Below, piece by piece: positions 29,358 through 37,560 of a stretch of DNA of 46,160 bases. The position numbers and the translations under genes were made by a program. The DNA is from Akkermansia muciniphila (lineage in GTDB: Bacteria > Verrucomicrobiota > Verrucomicrobiia > Limisphaerales > UBA9464): the NCBI GenBank assembly GCA_945860685.1, contig CAMASJ010000003.1:1-46160 (forward strand), in the 5' to 3' direction. The notes under the pieces were generated by a model, which was given only the letters and a program-made list of their open reading frames with translations, was not told where the DNA came from and ran no database searches. Numbering within the stretch: position 1 is the first letter of the stretch; every line of letters begins with the position of its first letter.

Positions 29358-30182
29358 TCAGCGGACGCCGAGACGGGGCAACTGGTCCCGATGGCTGCGG
29401 CTGAGGGTGACCTTGACCCCGTTCTTGAGGTTGATCGAGTACTCCCCGTGGAAAAGCGGCTGCAGCTCCTGTACCCGGTTCACCGCCACGATCGCGGTCC
29501 GGCTCACGCGGACGAACTGCTCGGGCGGAAGACGCTGCGAGATCGAGTTCATGGTCTCCCGCAAGAGGTAGGAATGGGTGCCGACGCGCAGTTCGACGTA
29601 GTTGTCGGCACTCGAGATCCAATCGATCTCGGAAAGGCTGATGAAGAGGATCTTCCCGTTGTTCTTGATCGGGATCCGCTCGGGCTGTTTGGCGCCGGCC
29701 TTCATATCCGCAAGCATCGCGCCCAGCTTGGCCTGGATGTCGTCGGGTTTGTGGCTCTTCAGCCGTTTGGCGACACGTTCCATGGCCGTTTGGAAGCGTT
29801 CGCGGTCGACCGGCTTCAACAGATAGTCGACCGCATGAAATTCGAAGGCACGAACCGCGTACTGGTCGAATGCGGTAACGAACACCACCGCCGGCGGCGC
29901 CTCCGATCCCAGCCGTTCCAACACCTGGATTCCGGTGAGCCCCGGCATCTGGACATCAAGGAAGACCAACTCCGGGCGCTCCCTTCGTATCGCGATGAGG
30001 GCCTCCTCGCCGTTGGCGCATTCCAAAACCACCTCGAAACCGGTCGCCCGGGTCAGGAGGGTCCGGATCTTCTCACGGGCCAAGGGTTCATCATCCACGA
30101 TCAGGACGCGGATTAGTGACATGGGCGAAAGCTGCACCCGGTTCTCGGACTGTCCAGACTCGGTTTTGGAGGAGTTGGGCAT
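29358..30182 (-). CDS. LytTR-family response regulator
   Basis: IVDDEPLAR, FLDVQMPG, FVTAFDQYA..DYLLKP, LytTR FVRVSRTAIV. Start 30182 or 30122. Confidence 0.93.
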   Translation of the reverse strand: MPNSSKTESGQSENRVQLSPMSLIRVLIVDDEPLAREKIRTLLTRATGFEVVLECANGEEALIAIRRERPELVFLDVQMPGLTGIQVLERLGSEAPPAVVFVTAFDQYAVRAFEFHAVDYLLKPVDRERFQTAMERVAKRLKSHKPDDIQAKLGAMLADMKAGAKQPERIPIKNNGKILFISLSEIDWISSADNYVELRVGTHSYLLRETMNSISQRLPPEQFVRVSRTAIVAVNRVQELQPLFHGEYSINLKNGVKVTLSRSHRDQLPRLGVR

Positions 30183-30186
30183 GGGT

Positions 30187-31305
30187 TCAGTCGTGGCTTC
30201 TGGATCCGGACTCCACTCGGAATGGCATCTGGACGACGGCCAAAACGCCGCCGCCAACGGCATTCCCCAAACGGAACTCCCCTTCCGGACCGTAAAGCTG
30301 GCGAAGACGCGCCTGACAGTTGGAGGTGCCGACTCCGGATCCCAATCCCCGGTCCCCAGCCAATCCGCGCCCGTTGTCCTCGATCTCGATCCTCAGGTAC
30401 CCCGACGGAGTCCGACGGCTTCGGATGATGATCCGACCCGGGTCCATTTTCGGTTCGATCCCGTGTTTGATCGCGTTCTCGACGATCGGTTGCAGCAGAA
30501 GATTCGGAACAAGAGCGAATTCCGTGGATGGATCGATCTCCCGGACCACCTGCAACCGATCGCCAAAACGCATCTGTTCGAGGTCCAGGTAGCGGTCGAG
30601 GAACGCCATCTCGTTCTTCAGGGAAGCCAGATGTTGACCGGACTGGTCGAGGGCGTGCCGCAACAGTCCCGCCAGCTTGACCAACATCCGGTCCGCCGCG
30701 TCCACATCCCGGTACATCAGCGTGCCGATGCCATTGAGCGCATTGAAGAGGAAATGCGGATTCAATTGCATCTGAAGAGCTTGCAGCCGTGCCGAGGTGA
30801 GCCGGTTCTCCATTTCCAACAACCGACGCTCGCGATCCTGGAGACTCTGAAAGTAGGCCATCGCATGCGCCACGGTCACCACCACCCAATACACCAGGGT
30901 GTTGAAGAAAAAGGTCGCCACGACGACATATCGCAGCAGGTCGTTGAGTGGCTTACCCCCATTCCGTGAGGGCAACAACGGCTCGACCAGAAGCGTCCGC
31001 AGGAGGATCCAGAGCAACGAGAAGACCGCTCCTCCGACGAGGTGGAGAGCAATCCGCAAACGCCAATCCGGTCCGCCAAGATGGAAACGTCGAGCCAGCC
31101 AGAATGAAGGCAGAGCGAGGACACCGAAAAGGTACCAGTCCGCCAACGCTCCCTCGATGGCCCACCGCCACGGGATCATGTCGCCGAGCTTGGCCGACTT
31201 CAGGAAATGCTGACCCGCGAACGCGAGTCCGAGGAGTGTCCAAAGCAACAGGTACAAGGCCGCGAATCGGCAGGCCTTCATCCGGTCTTGGAACGTCACC
31301 GACAT
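30187..31305 (-). CDS. LytS-type membrane sensor histidine kinase
   Basis: N-terminal TM helices; LQMQLNPHFLFNALN, LEQMRFGDRL, LQPIVENAIKHG, DNGRG, GVG..N..RL. Start uncertain. Confidence 0.92.
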   Translation of the reverse strand: MSVTFQDRMKACRFAALYLLLWTLLGLAFAGQHFLKSAKLGDMIPWRWAIEGALADWYLFGVLALPSFWLARRFHLGGPDWRLRIALHLVGGAVFSLLWILLRTLLVEPLLPSRNGGKPLNDLLRYVVVATFFFNTLVYWVVVTVAHAMAYFQSLQDRERRLLEMENRLTSARLQALQMQLNPHFLFNALNGIGTLMYRDVDAADRMLVKLAGLLRHALDQSGQHLASLKNEMAFLDRYLDLEQMRFGDRLQVVREIDPSTEFALVPNLLLQPIVENAIKHGIEPKMDPGRIIIRSRRTPSGYLRIEIEDNGRGLAGDRGLGSGVGTSNCQARLRQLYGPEGEFRLGNAVGGGVLAVVQMPFRVESGSRSHD

Positions 31306-31427
31306 CGAACCAACGGGAACAGGCGAGGGCTCCGGTGGCAACGCGGGAGTCCCAACAAAGGACGCGTTCTGAGTGGCTTGAACGGTTCAGCGGCCCCATT
31401 CGGCAAACGGAAGAGTGGCAACTCAAC

Positions 31428-31456
31428 AAAAAGCCCCCGACCCGAAGATCGGAGGC
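31428..31456 (-). terminator. Rho-independent terminator of the tRNA pair
   Basis: Minus strand GCCTCCGATC-TTCG-GGTCGGGGGC-TTTTT. Confidence 0.8.
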
Positions 31457-31462
31457 CAAGAT

Positions 31463-31547
31463 TGGTGCGCACGGCAGGACTTGAACCTGCACGCCTTACG
31501 GCACTACCACCTCAAAGTAGCGCGTCTGCCAATTCCGCCACGTGCGC
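31463..31547 (-). tRNA. tRNA-Leu (GAG)
   Basis: GCGCACGTGGCGGAATTGGCAGACGCGCTACTTTGAGGTGGTAG..GGTTCAAGTCC..GTGCGCACCA; 85 nt, long variable arm, encoded CCA. Confidence 0.97.
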
Positions 31548-31605
31548 GTTTTTTTCCTAGGTATCGCTACCCGGAGGTCACAACCCCTTCGGATTGTCGC
31601 AGAGA

Positions 31606-31682
31606 TGGTCGGGGCGGTGAGATTCGAACTCACGACCTCTTGTACCCGAAACAAGCGCGCTACCAGGCTACGCTACGCCCCG
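31606..31682 (-). tRNA. tRNA-Pro (CGG)
   Basis: CGGGGCGTAGCGTAGCCTGGTAGCGCGCTTGTTTCGGGTACAAG..GTTCGAATC..CCCCGACCA; 77 nt. Confidence 0.97.
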
Positions 31683-31699
31683 TACCAAATGCGGCGCGG

Positions 31700-31728
31700 A
31701 AGTTGCGTAATGAGCGTCCACGTTGCAA
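31700..31728 (-). promoter_or_regulatory. Putative sigma70 promoter of tRNA-Pro/tRNA-Leu
   Basis: Minus strand TTGCAA-N17-CAACTT followed by a GC-rich discriminator CCGCGCCGC. Confidence 0.6.
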
Positions 31729-31941
31729 CGGATTTTTGTCAGAAAATCATCCCACCGATGGATTTGGGCCGATTTCAGGTCATTTCGAAGACTTGCAGAA
31801 CGGTAACCAGGAACCTCGGAGCGAACCCCTCCCGGTTTCCGGCCTTCAACTTGAGGATCCATCCAAGGGTTCCCAGTGGGCGGTGCTTACCCACGGTTCC
31901 CGGTTCAGGATGGAAACCTCCGTCCCGAAACCATCGGGCGG

Positions 31942-31970
31942 TTGACTGTATGGTCTCGCTGAGACAGTTT
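31942..31970 (+). promoter_or_regulatory. Putative sigma70 promoter of the prepilin-like gene
   Basis: TTGACT-N17-CAGTTT, 14 nt before the ATG. Confidence 0.5.
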
Positions 31971-31984
31971 CGCATCGTTCTTCC

Positions 31985-32821
31985 ATGAAAATCACTGCTC
32001 TCTCATCGAATCGTCGCTCCGGCGGCTTCACCCTGATCGAGTTGCTCGTGGTCATCGCCATCATCGCGATCCTCGCGGGCATGCTTCTCCCGGCTTTGGC
32101 CAAGGCCAAGACCAAGGCGATGCTGACCAAGTCGATCAGCAACGGCAAACAGCTCGCCCTCGGCTGGACCCTGTACTCCACCGACAACAACGACACCCTC
32201 GTCGCCGCCCAAGGCGGTCTCGCCGGCCGCCCGAACTGGATGGAAGGTGGATTGGACTACTCCGCGGAGTCGGCCAACCCGCGCTACATCACCAACAGCC
32301 CGATGTTCAAGCACGTCGGCCAGAGCTTCGAGATCTTCCGTTCGCCGTTCGACCTCTCCAAGGTCACCTACCAAGGCCGGCTGACGCCGCGCATCCGCTC
32401 GATCTCCATGAGCCAGGTCTTCGGCTTCGGCGAATGGCTGGACAAGACCTACAACCAGAGCCAGCGCGTTTGGCGCACCTACCAGAAGGAGAGCCAGATC
32501 GATCGCCCTTCCAACACCTGGGTGACCATCGACGAGCATCCGGACAGCATCAACGACGGCGCCTTCGCCAACGCCTGCACCGGCGCCCAGGCGATGAACA
32601 CGGCCCAGATCATCGACTTCCCCGCCTCCTACGCCGCCGGCGGCGCCGCGCTGACCTTCGCCGACAACCACGCCGAGGTCCGCCGCTGGGTTGGCAGCAA
32701 GATCGGCAAGGCCAAGGTCACCTACGGTCGCGGCACGCTCGTCCAGCTCAATGCCCCGGCCGGCGACTCCTGGGTCGACGTCCGCTGGATGGCCGACAAC
32801 ACCACCGTCCGCCTTCAGTGA
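31985..32821 (+). CDS. Prepilin-type N-terminal cleavage/methylation domain protein (PVC H-X9-DG family, motif degenerate)
   Basis: G|[35 protein letters not shown]-terminal [20 protein letters not shown]. Confidence 0.92.
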   Translation: MKITALSSNRRSGGFTLIELLVVIAIIAILAGMLLPALAKAKTKAMLTKSISNGKQLALGWTLYSTDNNDTLVAAQGGLAGRPNWMEGGLDYSAESANPRYITNSPMFKHVGQSFEIFRSPFDLSKVTYQGRLTPRIRSISMSQVFGFGEWLDKTYNQSQRVWRTYQKESQIDRPSNTWVTIDEHPDSINDGAFANACTGAQAMNTAQIIDFPASYAAGGAALTFADNHAEVRRWVGSKIGKAKVTYGRGTLVQLNAPAGDSWVDVRWMADNTTVRLQ

Positions 32822-32862
32822 TTCGAGGGAACGGCCCAACCGCTCCCGAATTCTCTCTTCCC

Positions 32863-32893
32863 AAAACCCGCCGCCCTCGGACGGCGGGTTTTT
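32863..32893 (+). terminator. Rho-independent (possibly bidirectional) terminator
   Basis: AAAACCCGCCG-loop-CGGCGGGTTTTT. Confidence 0.8.
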
Positions 32894-32900
32894 CCTTTTC

Positions 32901-33968
32901 ATGAATCCGGCCCGCATCGCCAGTTTCGTCCTCGTCGGCACCTGTGCCCTCTGGGCCTTCAGCTTCCCCTTGCTCAAGGCGCTGCAAGCACTGGGGCAGC
33001 GCTCCGCCCCCGGCGCGGACAGCTTCTTCATCTCCACCCTGCTGGTCGCGGTCCGGTTCTCCATCGCCGCGGTGTTCTTCCTCGCCGCTATCGGCTTCCG
33101 CCAATGGCTCGCTCGACACCGGGCGAATTCCAACCCCACGCAGGCCGTCGCCCACGGGAAGGGACCGTCTCCATGGTTCACCCGGGAGGAACTGCTCCAA
33201 GGTGGCGGCATCGGCCTTTTCGGCGGCCTTGGCCTGGTGCTTCAGATGGACGGCCTCGCCTACACTTCCGGATCGGTGTCGGCGTTCCTCACTCAAGGCT
33301 ATGCGATCCTCATCCCGCTTTGGACCGCTGTGGTCCAGCGACGCTTGCCCCGATTCAGCGTGGTGTCGGCCTGCGTTCTGGTGGTGATCGGGGCCGCCGT
33401 GCTTTCCGGACTGTCCTGGTCCCAAAGACAGCTCGGACGCGGCGAATGGGAGACCCTCGGTGGATCGGTGCTCTTCGCGGCGCAGATCCTCTGGTTGGAA
33501 AGGCCTCGATTCCGGGAAAATCGGACGTGGCAATCCACGACTCTGATGTTCACCACCATGTCCCTCGTCTGTTGGGTCCTCGCGCTCCAGTTGAAGCCGG
33601 CCGGGGTCGGACTGTTTGCCGCATTCGCCACGCGCGAAGCCGCGGCCCTGCTCGCCTTACTGACGGTGCTGTGCACGCTGCTGACCTTTCCGCTCGCCAA
33701 CCACTGGCAACCCAAGGTCAGCGCAACCCAAGCCGGACTTCTCTACTGCACGGAACCCGTTTTCACCAGTTTGGTCTGCCTGATCGTTCCTTCGTGGATT
33801 TCCGCGGCCACGGGGATCGATTATCCCAACGAAGTGCTGAGCAGCAACCTGGTCGTGGGCGGCACGCTGATCCTGCTGGCTAACCTATTCCTGCAAATCC
33901 CCGGCGCTCAAAAGGAAACCAAGGAAATCGCGAAGAGCCTGCCGACATCTACTCAGGAAGGCACCTAG
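32901..33968 (+). CDS. DMT/EamA-family transporter
   Basis: LWAFSFPLLK, VRFSIA, LQMDGLAYT..SAFLT, ATQAGLLYCTEPVF; about 10 TM. Confidence 0.88.
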   Translation: MNPARIASFVLVGTCALWAFSFPLLKALQALGQRSAPGADSFFISTLLVAVRFSIAAVFFLAAIGFRQWLARHRANSNPTQAVAHGKGPSPWFTREELLQGGGIGLFGGLGLVLQMDGLAYTSGSVSAFLTQGYAILIPLWTAVVQRRLPRFSVVSACVLVVIGAAVLSGLSWSQRQLGRGEWETLGGSVLFAAQILWLERPRFRENRTWQSTTLMFTTMSLVCWVLALQLKPAGVGLFAAFATREAAALLALLTVLCTLLTFPLANHWQPKVSATQAGLLYCTEPVFTSLVCLIVPSWISAATGIDYPNEVLSSNLVVGGTLILLANLFLQIPGAQKETKEIAKSLPTSTQEGT

Positions 33969-34088
33969 GGTGAATCCCGAGCCGCCATCCGGTGCTCGCG
34001 TAGATTTTTTACAAAGTTCCTTGCAAGAACTCCACCACCACGCTTTCCTCAGGACGAACGTTCCAAGGGGGAACGACCCAAAATTAGA

Positions 34089-34820
34089 ATGAAGAACATC
34101 ACCAAATTGGCAGTTGCAGCCGCCATCGCGTCTGTCTCCGCCTATGCCCAGTCGGTTTCGTACACCAACTCCATTCCGCTTGCCTACGCTGGTACGGCCA
34201 GCGGCGGTATTGGTCTCAACTTCTCCGGTCAGGCGCTGACTCTTCCCCAGTGGGATTCAGCTTCCTTCCCCGGTCAGACCTTGACGGGTGTCTCCTACAC
34301 CCTGACGGGCTACATGTACGGCACCTACACGATTTCGAACGGCGCTCAGGCGGCCAACTTCTCCATCAGCTTGGCCAACCCGAGTTTCTCGCTGGCTGGC
34401 CCGTTCGGCGGCTCTCCTGCTCTGAGCCGTACCTCCACCCACTTCGGTGGTGGAATCTTCGAAGACCTGCTCAACGTTGCTCCCAGTGCCGTTGTTAACG
34501 GATCGACTGCCCTCGGAACCTCCACGACGGCTACGGGCACTGACTTGTCGAATGTTGGCAGCTACATCGGCAGCGGCACCGTGACCTTCACCTTGGGTGG
34601 TTCTGCCAACCTTGGCATCTCCGGTGAAGCTACCTCGGGTAACCAGTCCGTCCTCTTCACCCAGGCGGCTTCGAAGTTCGGAGCCAGCGTGGTGTCCGTT
34701 ACCTACACCTACGCTCCGACCGGAGTTCCCGAGCCGAGCACCTACGCGGCCATGGGCTTCGTCGGTCTGGTTGCCGGTGCCACGATCTGGCGCCGCCGTC
34801 AGATGGCCAAGAAGGCCTGA
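34089..34820 (+). CDS. PEP-CTERM sorted surface protein (choice-of-anchor E-like)
   Basis: Signal peptide; Ser/Thr/Gly-rich; LPQWD..TLTGV motif; C-terminal VTYTY..VPEPST, TM helix, WRRR. Confidence 0.92.
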   Translation: MKNITKLAVAAAIASVSAYAQSVSYTNSIPLAYAGTASGGIGLNFSGQALTLPQWDSASFPGQTLTGVSYTLTGYMYGTYTISNGAQAANFSISLANPSFSLAGPFGGSPALSRTSTHFGGGIFEDLLNVAPSAVVNGSTALGTSTTATGTDLSNVGSYIGSGTVTFTLGGSANLGISGEATSGNQSVLFTQAASKFGASVVSVTYTYAPTGVPEPSTYAAMGFVGLVAGATIWRRRQMAKKA

Positions 34821-34844
34821 TCTGATTTAGTTTCAATTTTGGGG

Positions 34845-34878
34845 AAACGGACCGGAGGCGACTCCGGTCCGTTTTTTT
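34845..34878 (+). terminator. Strong Rho-independent terminator
   Basis: AAACGGACCGGAG-GCGA-CTCCGGTCCGTTTTTTT. Confidence 0.92.
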
Positions 34879-34934
34879 CCGTTTCTGCCCGCTGCGGCTT
34901 GCCCTTCCAACGGTCTGGAGACATTGATGGAGTG

Positions 34935-35135
34935 ATGAAATTGACGTGGAAGGATTCGGAAGAGGTTGCTTGGGCGCTCTTGGACAAGTTCCCGGACCAA
35001 GACCCGCTCAAACTCAGTTTTCCCAAGCTGCACAAGATGGTGTGTGAGCTGGAGGGATTTGACGATCGGCCGGAGGCCTCCAACGAGAAGATCCTCGAGA
35101 ACATCCAGATGGCTTGGTTCGAGGAACGGCAGTGA
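34935..35135 (+). CDS. iscX: Fe-S cluster assembly protein IscX (YfhJ)
   Basis: MKLTWKDSEEVAWALLDKFPDQDP..F..LHKMVCELEGFDD.P..SNEKILE.IQMAW; 66 aa, acidic. Confidence 0.9.
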   Translation: MKLTWKDSEEVAWALLDKFPDQDPLKLSFPKLHKMVCELEGFDDRPEASNEKILENIQMAWFEERQ

Positions 35136-35223
35136 TCCGGTCGATGGTGGGTGTTTCCTGCGTCCGACATTTCCGTTCCCCGGCCCCCCCTTTCCCCAAC
35201 GGTTGACTGGGTAGTGATCACAA

Positions 35224-35428
35224 GTCCGGCAAACTCTGCGCATCGACTCGTCTCCCGCCGAGCTCCATCCTCCGGGAGTTTCGCGTTGCCTCAGGTATCC
35301 CTCTGAAGGCCTAATGGCGTCGTGAGCAACGGCTCCAACGATTCGACAACCCGATAGCGTCTGGCCGGTGTTTTCCCTGCCGGACGCCAGAACGCCTCGC
35401 ACCTTCAGGTCCGGGGCGTTTTCGTTTT
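35224..35428 (+). ncRNA. Structured RNA, probably 6S RNA (SsrS-like)
   Basis: Nested pairings GTCCGGCA(35224)/TGCCGGAC(35385), GCGCATCG/CGATAGCGT, central unpaired bubble, GCCG/CGGC, GCTC/GAGC, GCCTCAG/CTGAAGGC; then a terminator. Folded by eye only. Confidence 0.55.
35391..35428 (+). terminator. Terminator after the structured RNA
   Basis: AACGCCTCG..ACC-TTCA-GGT..CGGGGCGTT followed by TTCGTTTT. Confidence 0.7.
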
Positions 35429-35536
35429 ATGGCTCCGCTTCCGAACCGTCTTCAATCGAACCGAAATCCGATCACGACCCTCAGTTCTGCCACACACAGA
35501 CCGGAAAGAGGGCCGAGAACCTAGAGCTTCCATTCC

Positions 35537-37537
35537 ATGCAAGAACCAACCCCTTCCCCTTCCCTCCAGGCCGCCAAGTCGGAGGTCGAACGCAAGACGC
35601 TGGAACAGCGCGATCAGATGGGTGAACTGGAACGCATCCGCCATTCCTGCGCTCACATCTTGGCCACCGCGGTTCTGAGGATCTGGCCGGATGCCCTTCT
35701 CGACATCGGCCCGCCCACCGCAGAGGGCTTCTACTACGATTTCGACCTGCACCACCGCTTCACGCCCGAGGACTTCCCGCGCATCGAGGAGGAGATGCGC
35801 AAGGTCATCAAGGAGAACCAGGTCTTCCAGAAATCCATCCAGACCCGTGACGAAGCCAAGGCCTACTTCGAGTCCAAGGGACAGAAGTTCAAGGTGGAGC
35901 GTCTCGGAGACATCCCCGAGGGCGAGGCGATCAGCTTCTACCAGAACGGCGAGTTCGTGGACCTCTGTGCCGGCCCGCACGTGATGCGGACGGGCAACGT
36001 GAAGCCCGGCGCGATCAAGATCCTCAAGGTCGCCAGCGCCTACTTCCGCGGAAACGAGAAGAACCCCCAGCTCCAACGCCTCTACGGCACCGCATTCAAG
36101 AACAAGGAGGAGCTGGAAGCCTGGCTGAAGATGCAGGAGGAGGCCCGGAAACGGGATCACCGCCGCATCGGCGCCGAGATGGGACTTTTCGCCATGGACG
36201 CCGAGTATGTCGGGCCCGGACTTCCCCTTTGGCTGCCCAAGGGAACCGTCCTGGTGGAAGAATTGGAGCGCTTGGCCAAGGAGACCGAGTTCCAGGCCGG
36301 GTATGTCCGGGTCAAGACGCCCCACTTGGCGAAGGAGAAGATGTACCGCACCTCCGGCCATCTTCCCTACTACGCCGAGTCGATGTTCCCGCCCATGGAG
36401 ATGTTGGAGGAGGACGAGCGGGCGAGACGCGATGATCTGATGGAGAAGCGGGCGGATCTCCTTCGGCTCGACGAAGGCCTTTCGAACGCCATCGGAGCCA
36501 ACACCAGCGGATTGACCCGGGAACAGATCCGCCAAGACGTCCACCGGTTGGAAGCCGAGATCTCGCTCCTCGGTGGCCGCTACTACCTCAAGGCGATGAA
36601 CTGCCCGCACCACCATCGCATCTTCGCAGCCGAGCCCCGCAGCTATCGGGACCTGCCGCTGCGATTGGCGGAGTATGGCACCTGTTACCGTTACGAGCAG
36701 TCCGGCGAACTCTTCGGTCTCATGCGGGTGCGTTCGATGAACATGAACGACGCCCATCTGTACTGCACCGCGGAGCAGTTCGCCGACGAGTTCCGGGCGG
36801 TGAACGAGATGTACCTGAAGTACTTCAAGATTTTCGGGCTCGACCGCTACCAGATGCGTTTCAGCACCCACGATCCGGCCCGGCTCGGACAGAAGTTCGT
36901 CAACGAACCTGAGCTTTGGAAGAAGACCGAGGACATGGTCCGTCAGGTGTTGGTGGAATCCGGGATCAATTTCGTCGAGGTGGCCAACGAGGCCGCGTTC
37001 TACGGACCCAAGATCGACGTGCAGGTATGGAGCGCCATTGGACGGGAGTTCACCATCGCGACCAACCAGGTCGATTTCGCGGTGCCTGCGCGCTTCGGAT
37101 TGACCTACCGCGACCGCGACAACACGGAGAAGACCCCTCTCTGCATCCACCGCGCGCCCCTCGGAACCCATGAGCGATTCATCGGTTTCCTGATCGAGCA
37201 CTACGCCGGCAACTTCCCGCTCTGGCTCGCCCCGGAACAGGTCCGTGTCCTCACCCTCAACGACGAACCCGCGCTCGTGGACTACGCCCGTTCGATCGTT
37301 TCTGAGCTCCGGAATCAGTTCGTCCGCGTGGAAGGCGACCTCGGGCCGAACCCGGTGAAGGCCAAGATCGCCGACGCCGAGAACGCCAAGGTCCACACCA
37401 TGCTCGTGGTCGGCCAACGCGACCTCGAATCCGGCGCCGTCAGCGTACGCCTGCACGGCAAGGGCAACATCGGAGCCAAGCCGCGGCAGGAGGTGGTTGC
37501 CGACATCCTCGCCTCGATCCGGGAACGCCGTTCCTGA
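35537..37537 (+). CDS. thrS: Threonine--tRNA ligase (no TGS domain; has an internal insertion)
   Basis: RHSCAHILA, GFYYDF, DLCAGPH, QRLYG, RDHRRIG, KAMNCPHH, YRYEQSGEL.GL.RVR, AFYGPKID, IHRA..ERF. Confidence 0.97.
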   Translation: MQEPTPSPSLQAAKSEVERKTLEQRDQMGELERIRHSCAHILATAVLRIWPDALLDIGPPTAEGFYYDFDLHHRFTPEDFPRIEEEMRKVIKENQVFQKSIQTRDEAKAYFESKGQKFKVERLGDIPEGEAISFYQNGEFVDLCAGPHVMRTGNVKPGAIKILKVASAYFRGNEKNPQLQRLYGTAFKNKEELEAWLKMQEEARKRDHRRIGAEMGLFAMDAEYVGPGLPLWLPKGTVLVEELERLAKETEFQAGYVRVKTPHLAKEKMYRTSGHLPYYAESMFPPMEMLEEDERARRDDLMEKRADLLRLDEGLSNAIGANTSGLTREQIRQDVHRLEAEISLLGGRYYLKAMNCPHHHRIFAAEPRSYRDLPLRLAEYGTCYRYEQSGELFGLMRVRSMNMNDAHLYCTAEQFADEFRAVNEMYLKYFKIFGLDRYQMRFSTHDPARLGQKFVNEPELWKKTEDMVRQVLVESGINFVEVANEAAFYGPKIDVQVWSAIGREFTIATNQVDFAVPARFGLTYRDRDNTEKTPLCIHRAPLGTHERFIGFLIEHYAGNFPLWLAPEQVRVLTLNDEPALVDYARSIVSELRNQFVRVEGDLGPNPVKAKIADAENAKVHTMLVVGQRDLESGAVSVRLHGKGNIGAKPRQEVVADILASIRERRS

Positions 37538-37560
37538 ACACGGGAGCCAATCCTACCTCC

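Noticed and set aside
31463-31984. tRNA pair as a genomic-island integration site
   Set aside because: No integrase, no duplicated tRNA 3' end, and no compositional break beyond a normal promoter region.
35224-35536. T-box riboswitch upstream of thrS
   Set aside because: No T-box consensus (GGTGGNACCGCG) or recognisable specifier stem. The rod structure fits 6S better.
36401-36580. Intein or intron in thrS
   Set aside because: Too short, in frame, and lacks Cys/Ser N-terminal and His-Asn C-terminal splice motifs.
35405-37456. 683-aa ORF antisense to thrS, and similar shadows (800-2371, 13809-15791, 18121-19479, 41692-43059)
   Set aside because: They mirror well-supported genes on the opposite strand and show no protein motifs.
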